Source of the DNA: Pelomyxa schiedti
Taxonomy: Eukaryota; Protista; Evosea
Direction: 5' to 3'
Assembly (NCBI GenBank): GCA_020536535.1
Contig: JAHLWZ010000854.1
Location: forward strand, 8,444-72,443
Length of the DNA stretch: 64,000 nucleotides
The first letter of the stretch is position 1, and every line of letters starts with the position of its first letter. A model generated the notes under the pieces. It was not told where the DNA came from. It was given only the letters and a program-made list of their open reading frames with translations, and did no database searches. The translations under genes and the position numbers were made by a program. Below are positions 1-11,363 of the stretch, piece after piece.

Positions 1-112
1 CAGCTCTATTTATGTTGAGGTCAGAAAAAGAAAGAGAATTTGGGTTTAAAAATAAAAAGAGGTGAGTGTTGGTAAGGCCGGCGCTCTTTCACCAAATCTT
101 GGCACACCCCCA

Positions 113-2505
113 CTAGTAATTTCCTCGTAAGAGGAACATTACTGAAAAGAAAAAGCAAAAAAGAAAGTGTATTCCCTCCTCCCTACTGGTGCTGTGCATC
201 CACAACTTTCTTTTTTCAGTTTTTTCCTTTCGATTTCTTTGGAAAGGAAAAAACCTAGAAGGAATGTGTGATATGCTACACCATTGGTAAATGGAGGAAA
301 CTTCACTGTTAAAAGAGATAAGCGGAAAACCCACCATACAGGGGGAAAAACTCGGTACGGGCTCGGGAACTAGGTCATTCCCCGTCTAAAAACACCCAAA
401 GACCTTACAACCACTTCAGGCTATAAGGACATCAGTGGTCTTTGGGTGTTATTAGTGGCACCACCGTGCCTTGGGGATCACAACGGGACATTACATTTGT
501 AACAACTGTTACAACTTCCTGGGATAGAAGGGGTTGCTTATTTGGTGCACGAAATCAATTTCGGCCCACTTGCGGGAGAGAATTGGGAAAGAAGATAAAC
601 CTGGCAACAAAGGAAGCCAGATAGGAGCAATACATCGACTTAAACAGGTCCGGAACCTTGGTGTCGGTAATGATACTATTCAGAAGATGTTGCAAGAAAG
701 TGTTTGCGTAAGAAGGGTCCAGACTACAAGCAACAAACATTATGAATTGGACGTACTTCGATCTGTTCATAACTCAGAAAGCAAACCAAAGGAAAGTAGA
801 ATATACCGGTACGTTGGAAGAATAAACTTTGTGAAGGCCTTTAACAGAATACTGAATACGTTGTGGGAATTTTGGTCGTTGGCAGGGAGCACTTTCTTGA
901 GAAACGAAAAGAATACATCCATCAAGGAATCCAATTTGTCAGCAGTTTGTTGGTTTTCAGCAGCATTCTCGTCTTGCCCCTCAGCAGGTTGAACATCAAG
1001 GGCAAAAACCAGTTCTTTTGAGTGATCATCTTCCTCTTCGGGGAGTAATTTAATCAATACCTGGACATCTGTTAGAAAGACAATTTTTGTTTCTCCACTC
1101 ACATCAAGTTGAAGCATTTTGTGCACTGCCGTCATAATAACAGGTTCACATAAGTTTGGTGCAACTTCGAGAACTTGGAAGAGGTTTTGTAGGAAGTGCA
1201 TGTGGGCAACACCATCAACACTGATCAATGGGAAATGCTTGGGAATGTCGTTCGATAGTTGTATTGAGCTACGATATCAATCACTCACAAGGAAGTGGCC
1301 AGATATCACTAACCTGAGTGGAACAAGAGCAATCAATCGCGATATTGCCACCCTAACAATCTCAGCAACCCGTTGTGACAATTCAATGTCATAGGTTTTA
1401 TCTGTTGTGTGTGAAAAGCATGGTTGCTCGAGCTACAATCATACCCTCTTTGCTTGCTTTCTTTGGATATAAATTTGAAAGAAGCATTCTAATCATAGGT
1501 GTGAGATGTCCAGTGTGTGAGGTTACAAGGTTAAGGCAACACTCGATCAATTCGTCAACAACCTAGAAGGGCTGTCAAAAACGACCTGCAATCCTCCTTG
1601 ATACCGTTCTATCTGATGCAAAACTTGTCTTAAAGATAGCTGTTTGTAACTCGTAATGGTCTTCGGGAGTAATTAGAAGAGCACAGTTTTTCAAAGCTTT
1701 TAGCCAAAGCACTAGTGCATCTGGTTGACCTCGCAATAGTTGGGTGACAATAACTCGGTATCGTGTGGAGTCACCCTGTTGAAAATAAGAGACAAAGAAA
1801 AAAAAAAAAACTAAAGGGAAAAACCTTCTTTTTTGATTCTATAGCCTCCCGAATGTAATTAACAAGAATTTCAATATTTCGTTTCATTTCAGCTTCTGGA
1901 TTTGCAGGCTCCGTAGTTGAAGGGTTTGAGGGTGTGGATGTGGTGGCAGATGCAGCGGATGTGCTTGATTTTGGGGAAGTTGCTCTCCCTGGAGGATTTA
2001 CAGCCGAGCTACGGGATGCGGGTGGTGAACCTTGCTTTGAAGGCGCGCGTAGAAGGTTGCCATTTGAAGCAGTTGTATTTCCGGGATGGGTTTTGGAAGG
2101 AGTGACAGGGTGGGGTGTTATTGTGTGAGTGGTGACAGGGTGATGTAGTGTGTTACCAGTGCTCGATGCCTGTAGTAATTGCGGGGTTGGCGTTACAGAC
2201 CTTACGCAAGTAGGCGGCCGTAAGGGCGCACTGCCACGAAGATGCGACGTAGTCCGAGGAGAGCTCGGTGGGGACCGAGAAATTGAAGGCGGAGGGTCTG
2301 GCATCGAAGGTGGGGGCACGGATGAAGCACGGACCAGGGTGTAGGGGGAAGCTAAGATGGGGCTGTTGTTGTTGTTGTTGTTGTGGTGTCCGCCGCTCGT
2401 CCGCAACGCGGCAGTGGATGAAGCCACATGCTGGGCCGGCACAGCGGAAATGTTGGATGACGAGGAAGTTCGCGTGACGCGTGACGTTAGTACGGAAGAT
2501 GGCAT
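113..2505 (-). CDS. RRN3: RNA polymerase I transcription initiation factor RRN3/TIF-IA (multi-exon; both ends approximate)
   Basis: Exons give ADKLDSLMDVFFSFL, FTKFILPTYR/SKYVQFIMFVACSLD and CSYLASFVAR, which are RRN3 motifs. There is a Ser/Pro/Thr-rich N-terminal extension from the ATG at 2505. Confidence 0.85.
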
Positions 2506-2872
2506 GGCACTGGCACTGGCACTGGCAGTAGTAGCAGATCTGAGTGACGCAGATGCGCGCGAAGGCACGGTTCCTGCATTCGAGAGGGTGAGAGGGCAGA
2601 TCTCGTGCAAAGAACCACAACACAAGCAAGCAACAAACAAACAACGAACAATGGGACGGCGAAAGAGCTGGGAGGCGTGATGAAAAGGGGAAAAAAAAGA
2701 AAGAAAGAAAAAAAGCACGACGCACCTCTCATGTCGCGTTTTGGAGTTGCACGGCACAAATTAAAAAAGAACAAGATTTTTTTTTTTTGATCGCTTTTAG
2801 AAAGGGTTCTAATGTGCCAAACGGGGAAAGGAAGCAAACAAATAACCCAAAAAAAAAAAAGTAGAAAAGTAA

Positions 2873-4122
2873 ATGGCGGCCAACTACTGGAACTCAACAC
2901 ACCACAAACTGTGTTCATTCACGAGGGACCAGATCTCCTCTTCAAAGGCACGACTATACGACTTACGGTGGATTAACGAGCGAGAGTTACTTTCTCTCGA
3001 TATATTTTTTGCTACTTGTAGGTTGGCGTTTGTTTGTTTGTCTTGTTGTATGCTTCGTTGACTCTTTCTTTTGGCTTGGTTTTGATTGGCATAGACATAA
3101 AGGATGTGGCTAAGAGAGTGGCATTGAGGCAAAGAGTTGTGGCAACAGCCATTGTGTTTTTCAAGCGATTTTTCCTCCAGTGAGTGTCTGCTGCTCTTTT
3201 TACTTGTTTTTACGACGTTGGGACATGACAGTGTGCACCAGAAATAGTTTTGCTTCCTTCGACCCATGGCTTGTGGCTCCCACTTGCCTCTACCTTGCTT
3301 CTAAAGTTGAAGAGTGTACAATACAAGCAAAGAAGTTTGAAAATAAGCTTAACTCCGGTATGAAACTACAATTTTGCACAGACGTTGACTGTGATGCAAG
3401 GTCATTACACATACTCCCCTGACCATATTCTTGGTTTGCTTCCTTTTCTCTTTGTTCAGCCTTTGACTGTATATAAGACATGGAATTTACTGTAATGCAA
3501 AATCTAAGTGGTCATCTAATAGTCTTTCATCCATACCGTGATTTACAGAGGTTTGGATGTTTGACTATCGAATCCTCGTTGTTTTTTCACAATCATCTCC
3601 TTTAGTATCCTTGAAGATATGTCTGATGGCAGACATTTTCCTGAGGATTTAGCCCAACTGGCATGGTGTGTAACTTGTCTTTTTATCCTTAAGGTTCATT
3701 GTGCCATGACAGGGCTATTGTGAACGACTCATATTGCTCAGATGCTATTCTGATGCACGCACCATACGAAATTGCCATCGCTGCCATCTTCATTGCCGGG
3801 TTTGTCCGTAATATCGACCTTATCCCATGGCTGACTCGCCTACGCGTCGATTTAAAGCCTGTAATTATAATGAGCCAATTTGTCTGTTAATTCTTATAAC
3901 TCACAGATCTGGCAAGTAGTGGAGATGATAATGTCTATGTATGAAGTGGGATCACTGCAAATACAACCCACTGGGATTGTCTTAAAATTCCCACAACTTG
4001 CCTACCATGACAAACTTGTATCTGTTACTGCAGGTGCGCCTTATCCTCTCTTTCAATCCACCACTCACAAAGGTCCAAAACCCAGACAAGAAAAAACGAT
4101 AACGATAATTTCACTGAAGTAG
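2873..4122 (+). CDS. CCNC: Cyclin C (Mediator kinase module), multi-exon; 3' end approximate
   Basis: [10 protein letters not shown] start, [38 protein letters not shown] and [10 protein letters not shown]...PYEIAIAAI. Confidence 0.93.
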
Positions 4123-4390
4123 ACCCTCAACCTATCTCAGTTGTGTAATATTTACCCCGGGCATACCACCCCAACGAGTTTTTCCTCCTACTCAAAACTC
4201 ACACAAACACTAGCACATAGCATGCCAGTGTTACCTTTTCTTTAGAAAAAAGAAAAAAAACAAACACACCACATTTAAATTTTGAACAGGTACATCAAAT
4301 TCAACCGCCCGTTCCGTTCTCCGAACTGAACGTACACGTTTAAGTACTTTCAAGAGCAATCGTCCAACAATCAAAAACTACCCGTCGCCC

Positions 4391-5297
4391 ATGGGTCGCA
4401 TCGTAGCCAAGCCAACAGCAGCAGCGGCGTCCAGCACCTCCACGCCCTCCTCGTCGTCCCCGCCGCCCCCGCCGTCAGCAACCGCAGCAACAGCCACAGC
4501 CAGCCTGCGAAGCCTAGCCAAGGCCACCCCCTCGCCGCCCCCGCAGCCAACGCCCACGCCAGGCTCCCCGACGCCACCGCCCCAGGCCGTGGTGGGGCCC
4601 CAGCACTGCCTGGTCGCGAACACGGGCAGCCAGCCCCGCAACGCGCTTGTGACGGGGTACCAGAACGACGGGGCCGGGGAGCTCGCCACCGCCATCGCGC
4701 ACACCGACCAGGGCGACGTGTTCGGCAAGGCGCAGAGGAGCGCGTGCTGGTTCCCGTACAATGGCGGCGAGCACACTACTTCGCGTTTCTCTTGGTATGC
4801 TTGTATTGGCTATTGGCCGTTGTGTTGCTGTTGTTGTTGTTGCTGTTGTTGTTGTTGCTGTTGTTGTATTGTATTGTATCATACATCTCCAATATTGATA
4901 TACCCCCCTCCCTTGCCTTGGTTATTTAAGGCCACTACTCCCACTCTAACAACCAACCGAACCCAACAATGCAATGCTGCTGTACACATACAATCAACCA
5001 AGACATAAATACTATACACAATAGCGAATATACGCGTTTCTCGCATTTGGCGCACAACTCACTCATCCCTGAACAAGGGTGTGTGGCTCTGCGTATAAGC
5101 TTGAAAGAGCTAGTGGGAGTGCACGGCCACCTCAGGGAACTGTATCACAAAATACTAATGGCCAGGTGATATTCGCCGCTGTGGCACACACGAGCCATGG
5201 TGATGTGCCTGCAGAGTACAGAAACGGCACATGCCTCTATCCCTATGGTGGTAGGGCTCTCGCGGCTACAGCTTTCTCATGGGTACTGTGCCTCTGA
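4391..5297 (+). CDS. Two-repeat DM9-like (putative lectin) protein with Pro/Ser-rich N-terminus; intron ~4795-5077
   Basis: Two homologous repeats, AIAHTDQGDVFGKAQRSACWFPYNGGEHTTSRFSW and AVAHTSHGDVPAEYRNGTCLYPYGGRALAATAFSW, join in frame across a GT-AG intron. They resemble the DM9 pattern GxxPGK...CYxPYGGxE. Confidence 0.65.
4819..4868 (+). repeat. (TTG/CTG)n microsatellite in the intron of the DM9-like gene
   Basis: Visible tandem gttgttgctgttgtt run. Confidence 0.9.
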
Positions 5298-5455
5298 TGG
5301 GGAATTCTGATTAATTTTGAAATTGTAAAGCAAAATATGAAAAATGAGAAAGCTAATAAACCAAAAAAAAACTTTCTTTTTTCACAAGGTGTTGTAGTGC
5401 AACAAGTAGTGTTGGTGGTATAGTTGTTGGGGTTGTTGTGGTTGAGTTGCGGTTG

Positions 5456-6535
5456 TTAGGAGCAGCACTTCTTTTTCTTGGTGTCAGTTTGGGAGTTTGT
5501 AAGTGTGAGGGCGGAAATTTTGTCTTGTCTGACTGGGGGTATTTTGGGTAGTCTCTTGGCTATTTAGTGTAAGGTGTCGGAAAGGCATTTTGGTTTAAGA
5601 TAAATAGAAAAAGTACGGTTCTGACCTATGGCAACAAACAGTTCATTGACATTGGCATTGCTTTTGGCGCTAGTCTGCATTGAGAAAGAATGTTAGACAG
5701 AGGAACAAATAAAGGTGTCCTACCTCCATAAATAAAATGCCATTTTCGTCGGCATATTGCTGGGCCACCTGTTTGAAGTTATTGAAACTAGAAAGTCGAC
5801 AAAGCTCTTACAGCGGTGTCAACTTTTCGTCTCGGGGCAAGGTCAGATTTATTGCCAGCCAAGCTTATTACAATATTTGGGCTGCCTTGGCGCTGTAGTT
5901 CTTGTACCCACAACTTGGCTTTGCCAAAAGATTCCTTCAATTGTATTCAGAAACGTAATGTGTGAAGTGTTTTGAGAAATACCGCGTTGGTGATATCACT
6001 ATTTTTTTCAACATTTTATTGGTGAGTTAAATGATAAGGTATAACTGAAGGCAATGCATACTAAACAACAATCGCCGCCTGTGCGCCACGGTAATACCTT
6101 ACATCCAGCTCAACAGAAAGATGATTTGTTGAAATACATACATTGGAGCAAGTGCATGGTATCTCTCCTGACCAGCCGTATCCTGCTTGGCCTTAGAGTG
6201 TACGGAAGCTATTTGTGGTGCTTACCCATATTTCAAATTTGACTGTAGTATCATTCACACAAACGGTTTGTGTTAAAAATGCAGCTGTGAAATACAAAGT
6301 CACCAAAAGACAGTAAAATAAGGGGACTCTTACCTCCAATCGTACTTTCTTGGTAATCCAGAAACTGACCTTTTACAAAACGTAACACCAAACTCTATGC
6401 GAGTACGTGAGTGTTGTTTCACGTGTGACTTCATTGTGGGAGAGGGAAAAAAGGTACCGATTTGCCCACGGCAGATTCGCCAAGCAGAACAAGTTTAAAC
6501 TGAAAAATGTTGTTTGCAACTGCTGCTTGTGCCAT
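5456..6535 (-). CDS. RAB5: Rab5-family small GTPase, multi-exon
   Basis: Spliced translation [46 protein letters not shown]...[29 protein letters not shown]...LAGNKSDL...TSAK, ending in the prenylation motif KKKKCCS*. Confidence 0.96.
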
Positions 6536-6891
6536 GGTCTGGTGTATTTGTTAAATTGTTTTCTTTCGGTGATGTGATGGGGTTTGGTTTTTGTTTTGCT
6601 GGTGTACCCGAGCGCGGCGCACACTTTTTTGTTTCTTTTTTCTTTCCGATTCTTGTGGATTCCGTTGGTGATCACAAGCCAACCAGATCCACACTCCGAT
6701 TCTGAATCATCTCCTCCAAGAAGCACCCTATGGAGAGGATTCACAACGCTGGAGATAGTGTCGAACAGTTGTTCCCAGGGGGAGGAGGGGATTTCCCGAT
6801 AAAGCTCGGTTTCCTTGTTGATTCCACATGGAAGATCACATCTTCTTCGAGGAACTGCCGGAATTTTCGAAACTGCGAAGAGAAAAAAAAG

Positions 6892-8675
6892 ATGCAGTCT
6901 GGCACGTCAACGTCGTTGCTGGCGGCAGTAGGTCTACTGTCGGTTGTGCTGTTGGCACGGAATTGTGGGTGCGTTGGTATTCCAGACTCTGATGGATTTC
7001 CTTCCTACGACGAACGAGTGCAACTGCAATTGGCAAACAGGGCACGCTGCGACCCTCAGGTTCTATTCCCATTTCTATTTCCTTTGGAAAATTTTTCATG
7101 ATTGGTAGTGGCCCAAATTAGCATTAACAAAGCTTTGTTGCCCATTTGACAGGTGGAAATGGAACAGTGTGGCAGTTCTTGTGCTGATGCTGCTTGTTAT
7201 ACACCAATCTTTCCACTCAAGTACAGTCACTCACTGGGACACGGAGCCAGGTTCCATGCTGCTCATATGGAAACAAACAACTACTTCTCACATCCTTCTG
7301 CTTGTACATTGGAGCCTGACTTACCTGATATATATCCTGGATCGTGTGTTGCAGAAAAATGTAAATCCTCCAATGCTGATATCCATCCTCCCACTCTCTT
7401 CCTTGAAGTTGCACTGATGCCGCTGCTTCGTGCAGTTGCGTTGGAGGCACTCTGGCTTGCAACCCAACTTGCACCGATACATGGGGAAGGATAGCGGTAG
7501 GTACAACGATTAATTCCTGATATCAACTTGGCCCTAAGATGTTCACACCCTCTGGTGGTTCTGGAGAAATCATTGTATCAATAGCTGGCCAGGTACCAAG
7601 AAATAATTTCTTTTCCAAAATTTACTAATAGTTGATGTTAAGTACGGGTTTTATCTGTGGCTATATGAGCCCACAGGTGACAGTACCTGCCAGTTTACTA
7701 TGCAGAATGGCCACAGGTGCGCCTTTGTATTAAAAGAAATCTTCCCACTGTTATAGATGGTTACTTCTGAAATCTGGTGACGGCGTGGGATTTGGTGTTT
7801 TTGGAAATGCTGTTGGCGATTTTGGTGCCTCTGATGAATCGGAACTTTCTTGGTGAGAAACCAAACCCCAAACTTTTACTTTCTAAAGGAAAAAATAAGG
7901 ATACCTTCCGGTACGCACTGGCCAAATGAAGATAATAGCTCGAAGTACTGTGGTGTTTCCTCTTAAAGAAACTTACATATTACAGTATTGAACTTTGGGC
8001 AAACTGGTATGATGCTGGGGGAAGTGAGCCTACTTTCTCGCAAGTAAACGTAGATGGAATATGCTACGATATGGAATTGCAACGTGGGGTACGCTCCAAT
8101 GGAGCTTACATGGCCATTGTACCTCTTGGAGGAGATGATGATTGCCATCGATATTTCTTCTTATTTAGTGATGGAACTAACCTCACATCACCGTATGCTT
8201 TAAAAAGTATTAATAAATACAAAAACCAAATAAAAATGTAAAAAAGCATTCCTTTTACAAGCAAAAAGGTACGTTGCACACCCAACAGAGGGATCACTCA
8301 CATTTGGCAATTGTGGTGACGACTATGAAAGTTCAAGACCAGACTTTGGTGAGAACTGTATGGCAGGTGAGAGTATTTCACTTTTTATCTAGATAGGATA
8401 TCTATATACCTTTATGTAAGATATGATTGATTGCGCCTTCACTCACAATCCCTGCAGAGCCAAATGGAGGTGGTGGTGGAGTGAACGTAGCTGCCGCAGT
8501 TGCAGTGCCAATAGTGCTTCTCGTTGTAATTCCTGCTGCAGTTGCTGGTGGATGGGTGGGATTCAGAAAATTGGTGGTGAAGAAGCCAATTATTCCTGAC
8601 GAGATATCAGTCTCCTCGTTCAAAGAGGGATCGAAGGAGGCTGCCACTGTTGTAAAAGAGAAATTACCTTTCTGA
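6892..8675 (+). CDS. Cys-rich CAP/SCP-domain type I membrane protein, multi-exon
   Basis: Signal peptide, then LQLANRARCDPQ, LKYSHSLGHGARFHAAHMETNNYFSH, GEII, FYLWLYE and NGHR (CAP motifs). C-terminal TM helix VAAAVAVPIVLLVVIPAAVAGGWVGF followed by RK. Confidence 0.75.
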
Positions 8676-8717
8676 AAAATTTGTTTGCCATTTTGCAGTG
8701 AGATTTTTTTTTTTTTT

Positions 8718-11054
8718 TTACAAGGCACTGCCCATCTCAGTCACATTGTCAAAGAAGAAAAAGCTGAATTCTGGTCGGTCAGAAGAGCGGTCAATGACGA
8801 GGAGCTGGCTTGTTGATGGAATCCACGACGTCAGCCTCACGTACTTGCCGGATGTCGGGAGTGAGTTTCTGTAAGTGTCATCATAAACACCAGTTGTGGT
8901 GTCAAACACCCCGTCGATCACCCTGCTGGCGTATGTGTTGCCAAAGTAGAACTTCCCACACACAACAAATGCAAAGCCAGTCTGTGTCTTGATTCGAGGG
9001 ACAGTCCACGTCTGCAAGATTGCGAGGGAGTCGGGGTCCACCCTTGTGATGTGTATGTTGCCGTTGTCTGGTGGTGCGTGGACCACATACAGCACACCCC
9101 CTGAATCAACATACCAGCAAATGTCCGTGGCTCCACCCCAGTCCCACGTTGATTTGCCAGTGTGGCCGGCGTTTGGGAGTGGTGCAGTTGCGACTGTTGA
9201 CCCGTCACTCACACGCACCTTGGTCATCGTGGCTTGGGTGTATGGGGTGCAGTACACGTGGCCGTTGTGCACGGCCTGGTATGTGCCGCCGGGGTAGTGG
9301 GGCACGTCCTTGAGTGTGAACTGCCTTGGGTTGGTGTTGCCGACGAAGCTGGCCATATTTTCGAACTCTGTCAGTTGTTGACGGTTGAGGGCGTCGTCCC
9401 AGTACACTTTTCCAGTTCCGTTGTCAACAAACAGCCTGTGAGCATGACGCGGTGCGATCGAGGGCACCATTGACCCCAGCTGTTTGAGTGCCTCCTTCAT
9501 TGCGGTTGCTGCTTTGGGAATAAGAGTTGATGTTGAGTTGCGAACAATGCGCCCAAGTGATGAGATTGTTCCACAAACGGCAGTTGAGTCACATTCAAGT
9601 CTCACCTGTCCGATTTTGAGTCATTTTACATTTTTGTGGAAACATATACCTTGAATTCACTCTCGGCACCTGAGTCGCAAAGGTTTTTGACACGAGAAGT
9701 GAGAGTGTCATGGACAGCCACAAGTTGGAGGTCGGAGAACTTCGTTGTTGCGAGTTGTGCGTATTCTTGTGCCTCTTGTGCAGCCTTCGTTTTGTTGTCG
9801 CATCCTTCGATGTGTTCTTGGAATGTCTTGCGGGATAAGTGAGTGAAGTTTGGGAGCAGAGGATAAAAACAGCCCACTTTTTTCGCGGTTTCAGTGATTG
9901 TCTTCAGCTCCGATAGCAGCTGTGCCTCCCTGGCATTGACAACAGCAACAATCTTGGCAAATTCAGTTCGTATTTCTGACTCCACTTGTTTTGAAACTTC
10001 ATCTGCGGTTTTTAAACACCCCTTTGTCGTTTGTTTAAAACGCCAATGATGGAAATGGAAGACACACAATTGCGGTGAGTTTCGAATGTGAAATCCTCTC
10101 CAGGTGCAATGACAACTTTGAACAGAGTGTGGCTACATTTTCCTTGAATTTGGAGCTCAGGTCAGAAGAAAACACGAAATCGTGGTTCTTGTGGTCAATC
10201 AATCTGATAATGGTGTTTTGATGTTTGTGTAACTGCATAAAGGGTGGTCTCAAGGAACACACGTGCAATCACGGCAGATCAATGACTTGTCAGTGTTGCA
10301 ATACAGTCGCAGTTCCTCATGTGGATGCTTGGAACAAAGTGACGGTTTGGGTGCAGTGGGTGTGACAGTTGTCTGTGCCCTGAGTTGATCCACAGTCACA
10401 ACCTGCATCCATGTTAACGAATTGGTACATAACCAGGTGGGGGCGGGAGACAGAAATAGACATTGTGAGAAGCAGTCCTCCACGCACGCGAGTGGTGAGC
10501 CTTGTCGTCGTCGCACAGGAATACGCTGCACGACGCGCACCACCACGGGGCGTCGTGCGACCTGCAGTCTCCGCACTCGCGCGGGGGCGCGGCGGCCGTG
10601 GTGCCTGGCGGCTGTGATGCGCCCCCAACAGCCGCAAGTGGAACCAGGGCTAACAGGCTGGTCTTCCATAAGTCCACAGGGAACCCGCCGCTGGGAATTG
10701 GTGCCTGTTTGGCGTTAGCACTCGTTTTTTTGCAACTGCAGCAGTGCACAGACGGACACCTGGGAGTGACACACAGGGCACGTCATGGTTGATGATGAGG
10801 GCGACGAAGCAGTGGAAGACGTGGAATTAGGCGTAGAGGTTCCTTGTGAACATCGAGTGATGCACTCGAAACACATACTGTGTAAACACGGCAAGAGCCT
10901 GGGGAAGAAAACAAAAAAAAAAAAAAAAAAAGGGCTTAGAACCCCTTCCTTCCCGAGTACGAGATCAATGGTCTCTGCTGACTAACCTTGGATCACGGAG
11001 GAACAAGGAGCAGCGCGGACAAGTTACTTGCGCTATCACTTCCTTCTTGTCCAT
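8718..11054 (-). CDS. TRIM-like RING-Bbox-Bbox-coiled-coil protein with C-terminal olfactomedin domain, copy 1
   Basis: RING: MDKKEVIAQVTCPRC..LLPCLHSMCFEC..CPVC. B-box1: CGDC..WWCASCSVFLC..HHSRAWRTASH. B-box2: CSKHPHEELRLYCNTDKSLICRDC..DHKNH. Then coiled coil and a last exon with LPNAG..WGGATDI..VD..LYVVHA..GNIHITRVDP..L..QTW..FAFVVCG..FDTTTG (OLF pattern). Confidence 0.88.
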
Positions 11055-11363
11055 TTGTTCGGCGTTGACTAGGTCTACGAATGAAAAACCAAGTTGAAGG
11101 CCATAGTGCCTCCCTTACCGGTGATTTATTGGTTCCTCCACAACCTCTTTGTGCGCTCTGCACCCTTTTTTTTTGGACACCCACCTCAATCACTGGTGCC
11201 AGCGAGGATGTCATATTACATTCGCAGAAAACCCTTCCTGAGACTCAAAAAGGACTTGACAGATTCGATCCGTTCCCTGCAAACCCAAAATCAAGCGAAG
11301 TGAGGCGTCTTCAATCGAAGTGCGCACCGGGAGCGACGAACGTCGGAGGGGAGTAAGAGTGGG

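Noticed and set aside
4795-5008. Poly-Cys tract in ORF 4391-5008
   Set aside because: It is a (TTG)n microsatellite within an intron read through by the ORF caller.
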